Shown piece by piece: positions 46,522-56,599 of a stretch of 64,000 bases of DNA. The position numbers and the translations under genes are program-made. The notes under the pieces were generated by a model. That model had not been told where the DNA came from. It was given only the letters and a program-made list of their open reading frames with translations, and did no database searches. The DNA is from Bryobacteraceae bacterium (GTDB taxonomy: Bacteria; Acidobacteriota; Terriglobia; Bryobacterales; Bryobacteraceae): contig DASQJB010000200.1 of assembly GCA_035631295.1 (NCBI GenBank), forward strand, positions 2,227 to 66,226, written 5' to 3'. The stretch's first letter is position 1; each line of letters begins with the position of its first letter.

Positions 46522-46619
46522 GCACCGCGAAGCTGGGCCAGCCATGATGCCGGCATTTCGGGCGATCGCGTAAAATAAGCAACGTGGTCTGAATTTTCCC
46601 GAGGAGAAAAGTAATCATC

Positions 46620-47309
46620 ATGCGTTTGGTCTTCGTAGGGCTGGTTTGCGTGCTCGTCGCTTCGGCGCTCGATGCGCAAAATGATGCGTCTCGCGTTGTG
46701 GCCGGCGGCGGCATTTCCGTCCCGCAATGGACCGGCAAAATCGACGCCAATGAGGAGAGGCTCGGCCGGAATTTGAACGATGCAAAGTTCGCGAAAGAAG
46801 GCGAGACTTTTCACATCGTCACCGGTCCGGCCGTGACATATTGGAATCCCGCCGATAAAGCGGCCGGCGATTACACGGTGAAGGCGACATTTACCGAACC
46901 GAAGTACATGAACCTGAATAACCATCCGCATCCGTATGGGATTTTCATTGGCGGCAACGATATGGGAACTGCCGCCGAGAGCTTTCTCTACTGCGCGGCC
47001 TACGGCGACGGAAGATTCATCGTGCGCGGCTTTGGACCGGCTGCGTTTCAGATGAACGGCTTCGCTGGCCAAGCTAATCCAGCGGTGCACAAGGCCGCCG
47101 GAGTCGGGCAACCCGTCTCGCAGGAAATCGCTCTTTCCGTGAAAGGGTCCCGCATCGAGTGCTCGATCAACGGAACTGTGGTGGCGGGCTACGACAAGCC
47201 CGCTCTGGTGACGGCTGGCAAGCTGAAGGCTACCGAGGGGATTTATGGCCTTCGCTTCGCGCACAATACCGAGGTGAATGTAACCGGCCTGACGGTGGCG
47301 AAGAACTGA
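46620..47309 (+). CDS. Secreted hypothetical protein (beta-rich)
   Basis: Signal peptide MRLVFVGLVCVLVASALDAQ; clean 229-aa ORF; no family recognised. Confidence 0.55.
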   Translation: MRLVFVGLVCVLVASALDAQNDASRVVAGGGISVPQWTGKIDANEERLGRNLNDAKFAKEGETFHIVTGPAVTYWNPADKAAGDYTVKATFTEPKYMNLNNHPHPYGIFIGGNDMGTAAESFLYCAAYGDGRFIVRGFGPAAFQMNGFAGQANPAVHKAAGVGQPVSQEIALSVKGSRIECSINGTVVAGYDKPALVTAGKLKATEGIYGLRFAHNTEVNVTGLTVAKN

Positions 47310-47319
47310 GGAGGGATCT

Positions 47320-47901
47320 ATGAGAAGTCAAATGAGCAGAACCGTAGTGGGGTGTGCGCTGGGGATCGCTGGTCTGGCGCACGCCGGTTGGGCGCAGGCG
47401 CCTGGCGCCCAGCCCGCTCCCGCTGCGCCCGTGGTGGCCAATCCGACTTACGTCTCCATTCCTCTGGAGATCATGGTGAACCGTCCCGCCGCCGAAGTGT
47501 GGAAACGGGTCGGCAAGTTTTGCGACATTGGTGAGTGGCTGCGCGTCCAGTGCACCATCACGTCGGGAAAGGACGGTGAATTCGGCGCCATGCGTTCCGT
47601 CGCGAACGAGGTCCTGGTCGGAAAAACCGAGCTCTCCTACACCTATACTCAGCCTGTAAGAACGGGCCAGACGTACAACCTCTATCACGGCACGCTCGAG
47701 GCGAGGCCGGTGACGGCAACCACGTCAAAACTCGTTTACACCTTGGTATTCGATAATTCGATGCTGGCTGACGACGCCGCTCGCGAAAGAGACAAGCAGC
47801 AACGAGCCACGCGGTTCATGCAGGCGCTCGAGAACATGAAGATCCTCGCCGAAGGCGGCACGCTGCCGCCGACACCTGCCCCCGCACGCGGCGGCCGCTG
47901 A
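47320..47901 (+). CDS. SRPBCC (START/polyketide cyclase-like) family protein with signal peptide
   Basis: IMVNRPAAEVWKRVGKFCDIGEWL ... is the typical SRPBCC N-terminal strand-helix. Confidence 0.6.
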   Translation: MRSQMSRTVVGCALGIAGLAHAGWAQAPGAQPAPAAPVVANPTYVSIPLEIMVNRPAAEVWKRVGKFCDIGEWLRVQCTITSGKDGEFGAMRSVANEVLVGKTELSYTYTQPVRTGQTYNLYHGTLEARPVTATTSKLVYTLVFDNSMLADDAARERDKQQRATRFMQALENMKILAEGGTLPPTPAPARGGR

Positions 47902-47939
47902 CAATATCAGTCTTTCGGCCCCGGTCTCACCGAAGCGGC

Positions 47940-47961
47940 GGTTGCGGCTAGCTCCGCAACC
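47940..47961. terminator. GC hairpin (8-bp stem, 6-nt loop) in a convergent intergenic region; no U-tract
   Basis: GGTTGCGG-CTAGCT-CCGCAACC, 39 nt after the stop at 47901. Confidence 0.3.
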
Positions 47962-48089
47962 AAGTCCTCCAGCCGGTGGTCGCTGATTCGCGAACCCCTG
48001 GCCACCCCAGACGATTCGCTGCGCCAAGAAACCCGAACCGGCAGCCGATTGTTCATGGATCTTTACATGAGCCGGCTGGAAAGCTGACT

Positions 48090-48107
48090 GCGGCCAGATT
48101 TGGCCGC
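48090..48107. terminator. GC hairpin (7-bp stem, 4-nt loop) just downstream of the minus-strand flavodoxin-like gene
   Basis: GCGGCCA-GATT-TGGCCGC, 13 nt beyond the stop at 48120-48122. Confidence 0.3.
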
Positions 48108-48119
48108 CCGACGACATTG

Positions 48120-48602
48120 TCACGGCGCGCCCGCGGCACCGGTCTTGGCCGCGCGCACGGCTTCGACGGTCCGGCGCGCATAAGCGGTCGCAGCCGCGGC
48201 ATCTCCGGCGTCATCCGTGGGCAGCGCGACGGTCACGCCCACGACGGCAGCCTTCGCCGCAAACGTTCCTAACACGACGCCGGTCCTCCCTTGGATCACG
48301 TCCCTCGCGGAATCGAGATATTGCTCCATCTCCTCCGTGCGGTCCGGGGGCGCAGACAGGACCAGCACGTCCGCCCACTGCGCATCCACCTCGCGCGGCG
48401 CGATGTAGTCTTTGCTCATTCGCTCCACGTTTTCGCTCCAAGCCGCGTCGGATTGGATCGTCTCCGGATCGGCGAGGTCCGGTAGTCTCCGCAACCGGAC
48501 ATTCGCCCGGGCTTGAATCGCCCCCACGCCTGCAGCCAGCGCGAGCGCTTCGCTCTTTCCGCGGCGCGAATAAAAGACTATCAATACGTTGATCGCCGTC
48601 AT
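48120..48602 (-). CDS. Flavodoxin-like fold protein (WrbA/NAD(P)H:quinone oxidoreductase-like)
   Basis: ATG 48602 overlaps the pirin stop (ATGA). INVLIVFYSRRGKSEALA is a flavodoxin-like first strand-loop. Confidence 0.5.
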   Translation of the reverse strand: MTAINVLIVFYSRRGKSEALALAAGVGAIQARANVRLRRLPDLADPETIQSDAAWSENVERMSKDYIAPREVDAQWADVLVLSAPPDRTEEMEQYLDSARDVIQGRTGVVLGTFAAKAAVVGVTVALPTDDAGDAAAATAYARRTVEAVRAAKTGAAGAP

Positions 48603-49309
48603 GCTAAATCGATAAGAAGAAGCTCTCCGCCTGAAGGTCCGCAGCCGGCGAGCATCAAGGCTCGCTCGCCGCTCACCGCCGCTCCGTCGCCGCCTTTGAG
48701 CGCATGTCCGTTCAGCGTAATGTTTCCATTCGCGCAATGCACCCAGGCGTGGCGTCCAGGCACGATTGGCTGCTCCAGAGTTTTTCCCGGCGCGAGCACG
48801 GACGCGTACGCGCGCGCATCCTGGTGAATAAAGGCAGCGGGCTCTGGAGGGTCCGGGTCTGGCCCGACCAGCAAGCGGAGCCGGCCCTGCTTTTCGGAGG
48901 GATCGTAGGCGAACTGCTGGTATCGCGGCGGCACATCTTCCGCCGCAGGAAGAATCCAGATCTGGAGCAGGTGCACCGGCTCGGTCTGTGAGGCGTTAAA
49001 CTCGCTGTGGATCACGCCGGTGCCCGCCGACATCGCCTGGATCTCATTCGGCTTGAGCACGTGCCGCTCGCCCGTGCTGTCGTTATGCGCCAGGCCGCCT
49101 TCCATCACGTAGGTAAAAATTTCCATATCGCGATGGCCGTGCGCCCCAAAACCTCTGCCCGGCGCGATCGTGTCGTCGTTCAGGACATGCAGCGCGCGAA
49201 AGCCTGCGTGCGCCTGGTCGGAGTAGTTTCCAAAAGAAAATGTGTGATATGTGTTCAGCCAGCCGCGGTCAAAATGGCCCCGCTCTTCGCTCTTACGGAT
49301 CGTTATCAT
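48599..49309 (-). CDS. Pirin family protein (quercetin 2,3-dioxygenase-like bicupin)
   Basis: RGFGAHGHRDMEIFTYVMEGGLAHNDSTG (metal-binding His/Glu motif). Confidence 0.9.
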   Translation of the reverse strand: MITIRKSEERGHFDRGWLNTYHTFSFGNYSDQAHAGFRALHVLNDDTIAPGRGFGAHGHRDMEIFTYVMEGGLAHNDSTGERHVLKPNEIQAMSAGTGVIHSEFNASQTEPVHLLQIWILPAAEDVPPRYQQFAYDPSEKQGRLRLLVGPDPDPPEPAAFIHQDARAYASVLAPGKTLEQPIVPGRHAWVHCANGNITLNGHALKGGDGAAVSGERALMLAGCGPSGGELLLIDLA

Positions 49310-49854
49310 GCCGCCGTCTCTCCTCCTGCAAGTTTACCTTCATCGCGCGCGGAGGCGCGGGCCAGCTTCGCCGCGCTGATCGCCTGGCCCGCGTGCCTTT
49401 GCGTGTGCTCCGCGATGTGCGTCAGGAGGCCGATTATCGTCGTCGGCAGGCGCTTCCTTCCCACTTCGCGCGGCTCGGCGAGCAGCGCCACATCAATGGA
49501 GCGCGCAAAGCTCTCCACTCGCTGGAACGCGGCGTCCATTTCCGTCAGCAACTCTTCGCGCGTCGCGCCCGGCTCGTGCTCCCTGGCCAGAAACTCCATC
49601 TGCGCTTGGGAGAGCCGCTCGCCTCGAAGGTATGCCGACAGTCGGTCCACGCTGCCGGCGACGTGCCGCAGATGAAATCCCACCGAGCCGAAGCCGTGTG
49701 GCGTTGCCCAGATCTGCTCCACCGTGAGTCCTTCGGTGTACTTCGCCAAGTCCTCGCGCGCCTGCTGGAATCCGTACAGCGAGGGTGCGATCAGCGGATG
49801 AACGCCTGTCAGCGGCCCGCGCAGCCACGGCTCAGGAAGAGTCTCAGATGCCAT
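49306..49854 (-). CDS. DinB family protein
   Basis: DinB_2-like four-helix pattern with His triad candidates (FHLRHVAGSVDRL ... LLTHIAEHTQRHAGQ). Stop overlaps the pirin start. Confidence 0.75.
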   Translation of the reverse strand: MASETLPEPWLRGPLTGVHPLIAPSLYGFQQAREDLAKYTEGLTVEQIWATPHGFGSVGFHLRHVAGSVDRLSAYLRGERLSQAQMEFLAREHEPGATREELLTEMDAAFQRVESFARSIDVALLAEPREVGRKRLPTTIIGLLTHIAEHTQRHAGQAISAAKLARASARDEGKLAGGETAA

Positions 49855-50114
49855 ATGACCATGGTAAGATGACTATGGTTATGAAGGCAACCATCGCAGC
49901 GGGCGAGTTCAAAGCGAAGTGCTTGGCGCTGCTGGACGAGGTCCAGCAGACGCGGAAAGAATACGTCATTACAAAGCGCGGCAAGCCGGTCGCGCGTTTG
50001 GTTCCAGCCGAGACCCCAAAAAAGACGAAAGACGTTTTCGGTCGTATGAAAGGAACTGGAAAAATTCTCGGCGACATCTTCTCCACGGGTGAGCGCTGGG
50101 AGGCGGATGAATAG
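49848..50114 (+). CDS. Phd/YefM-family type II antitoxin
   Basis: MKATIAAGEFKAKCLALLDEVQQTRKEYVITKRGKPVARLVP. The start is ambiguous among ATG 49848 (AGGAAGAG upstream), 49869, 49875 and 49881. Family N-termini favour 49881. Confidence 0.8.
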   Translation: MPYDHGKMTMVMKATIAAGEFKAKCLALLDEVQQTRKEYVITKRGKPVARLVPAETPKKTKDVFGRMKGTGKILGDIFSTGERWEADE

Positions 50115-50526
50115 CGACTTACTGCTCGACACTCACTGTTGGGTGTGGATGCAGTTCGGAATTACCTCTCAATTCTCGCTAGAGGGCCGCGCGGCGCTGG
50201 ACAGGGCGGCGGACGAAAACAGGCTGCTGCTCTCGGTGATTTCGGTTTGGGAGGTGGCTGTATTGGAATCCAAGCGCCGGCTCGAGTTATGGATGGACTG
50301 CGCCGCCTGGGTGGAGCAGGCGCTGCGGACTCCCGGCCTCACACTAGCGCCGCTCACCCCGGAAATCGCCATTCAGAGCACACGTCTCCCGGGCGTGCTG
50401 CATGGCGATCCCGCCGACCGGCTCATCGTCGCCACCGCCCGAGCCCACGGAGCCATGCTGATGACCAAGGACCGCAAACTGCTTGCCTACGGCCGCGCCA
50501 AGCACGTTCGGGTGATCAGCGCATGA
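50107..50526 (+). CDS. vapC: PIN-domain ribonuclease toxin VapC
   Basis: LLLDTHCWVW, VWEVAVL, GDPADRLIVATA, LMTKDRKL (four acidic PIN residues). Overlaps the antitoxin by 8 nt. Confidence 0.85.
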   Translation: MNSDLLLDTHCWVWMQFGITSQFSLEGRAALDRAADENRLLLSVISVWEVAVLESKRRLELWMDCAAWVEQALRTPGLTLAPLTPEIAIQSTRLPGVLHGDPADRLIVATARAHGAMLMTKDRKLLAYGRAKHVRVISA

Positions 50527-50921
50527 CTCCGCGACCGGCCCTGGACGCGGCGCTGGCGTTCGTCCACGCTATCAACCACCGGAATCCCGATGCACTCGCG
50601 GCTCTGATGACCGAGGATCATGCCTTTGTCGACGGACTGGGAGCGAGGATCGAGGGCAGGCAGCGGGTTAAGGCCGCGTTTGAGGCTTACTTCCGCATGG
50701 TCCCAGACTACATGATCGCGATCGACGAAACGTTCAGCGAAGGCTCCGTTGTGGTGATGCTCGGCAGCGCGGAAGGAACTTACTCCGCGGATGGAACGCT
50801 ACGCCCGGAGAACCGCTGGATCACGCCCGCGGCATGGCGCGCCAGCATTCGCGATGGCTTGGTGGCGGAGTGGCGTGTCTACGCCGACAACGAACCAATC
50901 CGGCAGATTATGAGGCGGTGA
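50523..50921 (+). CDS. NTF2-like (SnoaL-like) family protein
   Basis: ATG overlaps the vapC stop (ATGA). AINHRNPDALAALMTEDHAFVD ... WRVYAD is a typical SnoaL_2/NTF2-like pattern. Confidence 0.7.
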   Translation: MTPRPALDAALAFVHAINHRNPDALAALMTEDHAFVDGLGARIEGRQRVKAAFEAYFRMVPDYMIAIDETFSEGSVVVMLGSAEGTYSADGTLRPENRWITPAAWRASIRDGLVAEWRVYADNEPIRQIMRR

Positions 50922-50927
50922 CTGCGG

Positions 50928-52382
50928 TTATCGCAGCGCCGCCTTGCTGGCGAACTCGAGCACCCAACCCGGGAAGATGCCCAACGCTAGCGTCCCCAGC
51001 GCGCTCCCGTACACTGCCGCCTTCAGGGCTGGGCCCGCCGGAGGCAGGTGCTCTACCGCTTCGCCCGGCTCGCGGAAATACATCACTACGAGAATCCGAA
51101 GATAATAGTACGCCGCGACAGCACTGTTCAGCAGTCCCAGCACGGTCAGCCACACCAGGTTCGCGTCCAGGGCGGCTTTGAAGATGTAGAACTTCCCGAA
51201 GAAGCCGCCGGTAAGCGGCACGCCGATCAGGCTTAGAAGGAAAATCGTCAGCATCGCGGCCATGACGGGCTGCCGTTGCGCCAGGCCGGCGAAGTCATCC
51301 ACTTTGGTGAAGCGCTCGCCTTTGCGCGAAAAGTACGTCACCACAGCGAAGGCTCCAATGTTGGTGAACGCATATGCGGCGAGATAAAACATCGCGGCGG
51401 CCGACCCCGCGCCGGAATGCGCCGTTACCGCTACCAGCACGTAGCCCGCGTGCGCTATCGAACTGTAGCCGAGCAGGCGCTTGATATCCGATTGGAGGAT
51501 CGCGGCGAAGTTTCCGACCGTCATCGTCGCGAGGGACACGGCCCAGAGAAGCGGCGCCCAAGTGGAGGCGATCGGCCCGAAGGCGGTGAAGAAGACCCGC
51601 AGCAGAATCGCGAACGCAGCACCTTTTGGCCCTACCGTCAGGAACGCGGCCACCGGCGCGGGCGCGCCCTGGTACACATCCGGCGCCCAGCTTTGGAACG
51701 GCGCCGCGGAGATCTTGAACGCAAATCCCACGAACATCAACGCCGCGGCGGTAGAAACGAAGGCCAGCGGCTCGTTCGCGTTCAGGAGCGCGCGGCGGAT
51801 GTCCACCAGGTTCGTCGTTCCCGTGACCCCGTAAATCCACGCGATGCCGTAAAGCAGGAAGGCTGTAGCGAACGACCCCAGCAGGAAATATTTGAGCGCG
51901 CTTTCGTTGTTGCGCTTATCGTCCCGAAGATAGCCCGCCAGAACATAAGAGGCGATCGAGGAGATCTCCAGGCCGATGAAGATCATGATCAGCTCCTCAG
52001 CCGACGCCATGATGGATTGGCCGGCAGTGCTCCACAGAAGCAGCGCGTAGAACTCGCCGCCCATAGAACCTTCCCTCCGCAAATAGTCGGAGGAGCTCAG
52101 CACCGCCAGCAGCGCCACTCCAATCACCAGCACGCGGAAGAACGTCGCGAATCCGTCCACGACGATCATGTTCTGGAACGCCGTTCCGGGATCGCTATAC
52201 GCCGCGAGCGCGCCCAGGAGCGCCGCCACCAATCCGGCTAATGAAAGCGGAGCGAAGATCCACTTCTGGCGGTCGGGAAGCGCCGCTTCCAAGAGCAGAA
52301 TCAGAGTGCCCATCACCGTGAGGATGATCTCCGGCAGGACACGTATGTATTCGGCGGAGGTGGGAAGGAAATTAGCGGGCAT
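50928..52382 (-). CDS. nuoN: NADH-quinone oxidoreductase subunit N
   Basis: 14-TM antiporter-like protein; WAPDVYQGAPAPVAAFL; last gene of the nuo cluster. Confidence 0.9.
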   Translation of the reverse strand: MPANFLPTSAEYIRVLPEIILTVMGTLILLLEAALPDRQKWIFAPLSLAGLVAALLGALAAYSDPGTAFQNMIVVDGFATFFRVLVIGVALLAVLSSSDYLRREGSMGGEFYALLLWSTAGQSIMASAEELIMIFIGLEISSIASYVLAGYLRDDKRNNESALKYFLLGSFATAFLLYGIAWIYGVTGTTNLVDIRRALLNANEPLAFVSTAAALMFVGFAFKISAAPFQSWAPDVYQGAPAPVAAFLTVGPKGAAFAILLRVFFTAFGPIASTWAPLLWAVSLATMTVGNFAAILQSDIKRLLGYSSIAHAGYVLVAVTAHSGAGSAAAMFYLAAYAFTNIGAFAVVTYFSRKGERFTKVDDFAGLAQRQPVMAAMLTIFLLSLIGVPLTGGFFGKFYIFKAALDANLVWLTVLGLLNSAVAAYYYLRILVVMYFREPGEAVEHLPPAGPALKAAVYGSALGTLALGIFPGWVLEFASKAALR

Positions 52383-53877
52383 TCAGGGCCACCTTCCCCA
52401 CGGGCTGCGTTTGTTGAAGAATCTGAGCATTCTGCGCGCTGATGGGCGGCAGGAAGCTCTGCGTGAACGTGCCCATCCAAACCATGAGCGCCAGCAGCGG
52501 TAAAATCGCCGCCCACTCGCGCGGCGTCAAATCGAACATACGATGGCTCACCGGTTCCGCAGCCCTTCCATAAAACGCCCGCTGATATAACCACAGCATG
52601 TAGCACGCGGAAAGAATCACTCCCAGCGCGGCGAACACCACCCACGTGAAATTCGCCTGCGCAGTTCCCTGCAAGACCAAATATTCGCCCACGAAATTGT
52701 TCAGCAAGGGCAGGCCAATCGAGGCCAGCGTGGTGATCAGAAACACCGCCGCGAGATTCGGCGCGGGCGTCGCCACGCCTCCGTACGCCGCGATCTCCAG
52801 CGAATGCCGCCGCTCATACATGTAGCCCACCAGCATGAAGAGCGCGCCCGTAGAGACTCCGTGATTCAGCATCTGGTAGACCGCGCCGTCGAAGCCTTGC
52901 TGGGTGAACGAAAAAATTCCAAGGACGACAAAGCCCAAGTGGCTCACAGAAGAATAGGCCACCAGCTTTTTCATGTTCGGCTGGACCAGCGCCACCAAAG
53001 CCCCATAAATAATCCCGACGATCGCCAGACCCGCCACCCACGGCGCCGAGTTGCGCGACGCGTCCGGAAACAATGGCAGGCAGTAGCGCATCAGCCCATA
53101 AGTGCCCATCTTCAACATGACGGACGCCAGCATTACCGACCCGGCGGTGGGCGCCTCTACGTGCGCGTCCGGCAGCCAGGTATGAAGCGGAAACAGCGGC
53201 ACCTTGATCGCAAACGCGCCGAAGAACGCCAGGAACAGCAGTAACTGCACGCGCGCATCGAAGATCAGCCGTCCGGATTGGATCTGCATCAGAATATCGG
53301 AATAATCGAACGTGCCGGATTTGTTGTACAGATAAATGATCGCCGCCAGCATCAATACGGAGCCGGCCATTGTGTAAAGGAAGAATTTCACGGCGGCGTA
53401 AATGCGCCGCTCGTGGCCCCAGATTCCGATGAGGAAATACATCGGAACTAGCGACACTTCCCAAAAGACGTAGAACAGGAACAAATCCAGCGCCACGAAC
53501 ACGCCGATCAAGCCGAATTCCAGCAAAATCAGGAGAGCGTAGTATTCTTTCACGCGCTTGTCGATGTGCTTCCAGCTCACCAGTACCGCAATGGGTGTTA
53601 GCAGCGTCGATAGCAGGACCAGCCACAGGCTCAATCCGTCCAGCGCGACGTGATAGCGAATTGGCGGGTAACTGATCCACGGGACGTTGGTCTCAAAATG
53701 CCACCCCGCCGGGGCGGCGAACCAATAGGGCGCGATTAACCCCAGCGACGCCGCGAACGCGACCACCGAGATCAGCAACGCTCCCATGCGCGACGCGTTC
53801 GGATTGTCTTTGGGAACCAGCAGCAGGAGGAAAAAGCCCACCAACGGCAGGAATAGAACCGTATCCAGGAGGGTCAC
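52372..53877 (-). CDS. nuoM: NADH-quinone oxidoreductase subunit M
   Basis: GTG 53877 overlaps the nuoL stop (GTGA). HTWLPDAHVEAPTAGSVMLASVMLKMGTYG. Confidence 0.9.
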   Translation of the reverse strand: MTLLDTVLFLPLVGFFLLLLVPKDNPNASRMGALLISVVAFAASLGLIAPYWFAAPAGWHFETNVPWISYPPIRYHVALDGLSLWLVLLSTLLTPIAVLVSWKHIDKRVKEYYALLILLEFGLIGVFVALDLFLFYVFWEVSLVPMYFLIGIWGHERRIYAAVKFFLYTMAGSVLMLAAIIYLYNKSGTFDYSDILMQIQSGRLIFDARVQLLLFLAFFGAFAIKVPLFPLHTWLPDAHVEAPTAGSVMLASVMLKMGTYGLMRYCLPLFPDASRNSAPWVAGLAIVGIIYGALVALVQPNMKKLVAYSSVSHLGFVVLGIFSFTQQGFDGAVYQMLNHGVSTGALFMLVGYMYERRHSLEIAAYGGVATPAPNLAAVFLITTLASIGLPLLNNFVGEYLVLQGTAQANFTWVVFAALGVILSACYMLWLYQRAFYGRAAEPVSHRMFDLTPREWAAILPLLALMVWMGTFTQSFLPPISAQNAQILQQTQPVGKVALNAR

Positions 53878-55772
53878 CGCAGTCCTCCTCTCCACTCCAT
53901 GAATACGATCGCCAGAATCGATCCTGCCACCACCCAGGCGGCGTAGTTGCGGATGTAGCCCGATTGCGCCAAACGCAGCAGACTGCCCGTGGCCCGCGCC
54001 ACTGCGCCGACGCCGTTGACCGCCCCGTCTACGATGCGAACGTCCCCCACGCGCCAAAGCACCTGCCGAGAGCCGTCAACCACGGGGCTCACGACGGTGA
54101 CGTCATAAAGCTCGTCGACGAAGTATTTGTTATAAACCCAGCGGTATGGACCGCGGAACACCCGCACGAATGCATCCGCCAAAGCAGGTGAAACGAGGTA
54201 GAACAAAGCCGCGAATAAAATCCCGGCCGCTCCCGCCGCCACGGAAACGTACATGAGCCACGGTTCGCCCTCATGAGGTTCGCCGAACATCGGCTCCAAA
54301 AACTTCGGGACGTTGATAAAGCCGCCTCCCAAACTGAGCGCAGCCAAAATCACCAGGGGGATCAACATCACCGCGGGCGATTCGTGAATGCCGCCGTGGC
54401 CGTGCCCATGGTCATGCGAGCCGTGATGCTCGGGCGGCTTGCCGCGGTAGTCCCCGAAGAAGCATAAAAACAACGCCCGGAACACGTAAAATGCCGTCAA
54501 TCCCGCCGTCAAAACGCCCACCCAGTAAATCCATGGCGCGCGCTCGTATGCGGCAGCCAAAATCGCGTCTTTGCTAAAGAATCCGGAAAAGGGCGGAATG
54601 CCGGCAATCGCTACGCCTGCACAGAACAGCGTGATGCACGTAATGGGAACCTTCCTGGCCAGGCCGCCCATTTTTTGCAAATCCTGCTCGCCGGACAACG
54701 CATGAATTACGCTGCCCGCGCCCAGAAACAGCAGAGCCTTGAAGAACGCGTGGGTCATGACGTGGAACACACCCGCCGAAAATGCCCCCACGCCCAGGCC
54801 AACAAACATGTAGCCCAACTGCGAAACCGTCGAATAGGCGAAGACTTTCTTGATGTCGTTCTGCGCCAAACCGATCGTGGCGGAGAAGAAGGCCGTCGCG
54901 ATTCCGATTACCGCCACCACATCCAGCGCCAACGCCGAGTGCAGATAGATCTGCGCGCTGCGCGCGACCATGTAAACTCCGGCCGTCACCATCGTGGCCG
55001 CGTGAATCAAAGCGCTCACGGGAGTGGGGCCGGCCATCGCATCCGGCAACCAGACGTAGAGGGGAATCTGCGCCGATTTGCCGGTGGCGCCAACAAGCAG
55101 CAGCAGCCCCGCCGCTGTGATCCATCCGGCTTGCGTCTCCACTGGCATTGCCTTGACGGCCGCGAAGACCCTGTCAAAATCGAGCGTGCCGAAATGCACC
55201 CCAATCAGAAAAATGGCCAGTGCGAAACCGAAATCGCCAATGCGATTCACGATGAAGGCCTTGTTACCCGCATCGGTGGCGAACTTCTCCAGAAAATAAA
55301 ACCCGATCAGCAGGTAGCTGCACAATCCCACGCCCTCCCAACCGACGAACATCAGCAGGAAATTCGCGCCCAACACAAGAACCAGCATGAAAAACATGAA
55401 TAGGTTCATGTAGGAGAAAAAGCGGTAATAGCCGCCTTCGTGCGCCATATAGCCGACCGCATAGATATGAATCAACAGGCCGACGCCGGTGATGATGCCG
55501 AGCCAAACGGCGGTCAACCGGTCTATCGCGAAATCCACAGAAATATTAAAGGCGCCCGATTGAATCCAGGTGTAATAGTGCTCGCGGTACGGCTCCAGCA
55601 GGCCGCCGTTGAAAATTCCCAGGGCGCTTAGCGTTTTGACTACCCACAGAAAGCTCAGCAGCACCGAGCCGACCGCGATCGCGTTAATTGCCGCCTTCGA
55701 GAGCCGCCGTCCGAAAAGCCCGTTCAGCCCGAATCCGGCTAGCGGGAAAAAAGGTATAAGCCAAAGTAGCAT
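53874..55772 (-). CDS. nuoL: NADH-quinone oxidoreductase subunit L
   Basis: 632 aa; WLPDAMAGPTPVSALIHAATMVTAGVY; C-terminal lateral-helix region. Confidence 0.92.
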   Translation of the reverse strand: MLLWLIPFFPLAGFGLNGLFGRRLSKAAINAIAVGSVLLSFLWVVKTLSALGIFNGGLLEPYREHYYTWIQSGAFNISVDFAIDRLTAVWLGIITGVGLLIHIYAVGYMAHEGGYYRFFSYMNLFMFFMLVLVLGANFLLMFVGWEGVGLCSYLLIGFYFLEKFATDAGNKAFIVNRIGDFGFALAIFLIGVHFGTLDFDRVFAAVKAMPVETQAGWITAAGLLLLVGATGKSAQIPLYVWLPDAMAGPTPVSALIHAATMVTAGVYMVARSAQIYLHSALALDVVAVIGIATAFFSATIGLAQNDIKKVFAYSTVSQLGYMFVGLGVGAFSAGVFHVMTHAFFKALLFLGAGSVIHALSGEQDLQKMGGLARKVPITCITLFCAGVAIAGIPPFSGFFSKDAILAAAYERAPWIYWVGVLTAGLTAFYVFRALFLCFFGDYRGKPPEHHGSHDHGHGHGGIHESPAVMLIPLVILAALSLGGGFINVPKFLEPMFGEPHEGEPWLMYVSVAAGAAGILFAALFYLVSPALADAFVRVFRGPYRWVYNKYFVDELYDVTVVSPVVDGSRQVLWRVGDVRIVDGAVNGVGAVARATGSLLRLAQSGYIRNYAAWVVAGSILAIVFMEWRGGLR

Positions 55773-56098
55773 TAGTCCTTGAGCGAACTCACTTCATCGA
55801 TCTCCAGAGTCTGGCGGTTTTTGAAAACCGTGAGTATGATGGCGAGCCCTACCGCCGCCTCCGCGGCGGCTACCACCATTACGAAAAAGCTGAAAATGTG
55901 GCCGTCGTTCTGCTTCAGTTTGTAGGAGAAGCTCACGAAGCTCAGATTCACGGCGTTCAGCATCAGCTCGATCGAGATGAATACTGTAATAATGTTGCGG
56001 CGGAACAGAAATCCAGCCACGCCCAGCGCAAACAGGATCGCGCTCAGGACCAGATACCAAGTGAGCGGAGTTTCAGCAGGGAATGGAAGCGCGGGCAT
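55772..56098 (-). CDS. nuoK: NADH-quinone oxidoreductase subunit K
   Basis: 108 aa, 3 [13 protein letters not shown] motif. Confidence 0.9.
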   Translation of the reverse strand: MPALPFPAETPLTWYLVLSAILFALGVAGFLFRRNIITVFISIELMLNAVNLSFVSFSYKLKQNDGHIFSFFVMVVAAAEAAVGLAIILTVFKNRQTLEIDEVSSLKD

Positions 56099-56598
56099 CA
56101 GTCGATCTCCTTGCGCGCCAGAACGATGGCGCCGGCGATCGCGATCAGAATCAAGAGACTGGTTACTTCAAACGGCAGCAGGTATTCGGTGAACAGGCGC
56201 GCGCCGATCGCTTCGACCGTCCCGCCGTCGAATCCGCCAAACCTCACCGGCGCCGAGGGTGGAAGGCCGGTCTCTAAAACGTACGCCACCGCGCCGACAA
56301 AGAAAATGAGCAGCGGCGGACCCGCCCATCTCACCCAGATGCGCGGCTTGGTTTTGCGCTCCTTGCCCGCGCCCAGCAGCATGATCACGAAAACAAACAG
56401 CACCATCACCGCTCCGGCGTAGACAATAAGCTGCGCCGCGGCGATGAATTCGCCTCCGAGCTGAAGGTAAAACACTGCCAACGCCCCCATCACACCCACC
56501 AAGGAGAGGGCGCTCGAAATCGGGTGCGTCTGAAGAACCACGTTGATTCCGCAGCCCACGGCGATTGCGGCTAAAATCAGAAACAGAATCGAGTTCAT
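56098..56598 (-). CDS. nuoJ: NADH-quinone oxidoreductase subunit J
   Basis: 166 aa; [23 protein letters not shown]. Confidence 0.88.
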   Translation of the reverse strand: MNSILFLILAAIAVGCGINVVLQTHPISSALSLVGVMGALAVFYLQLGGEFIAAAQLIVYAGAVMVLFVFVIMLLGAGKERKTKPRIWVRWAGPPLLIFFVGAVAYVLETGLPPSAPVRFGGFDGGTVEAIGARLFTEYLLPFEVTSLLILIAIAGAIVLARKEID

Positions 56599-56599
56599 A

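Noticed and set aside
51276-52241. 321-aa plus-strand ORF
   Set aside because: Antisense to nuoN, highly Arg/Glu/Gly-rich, with no hydrophobic or domain signal.
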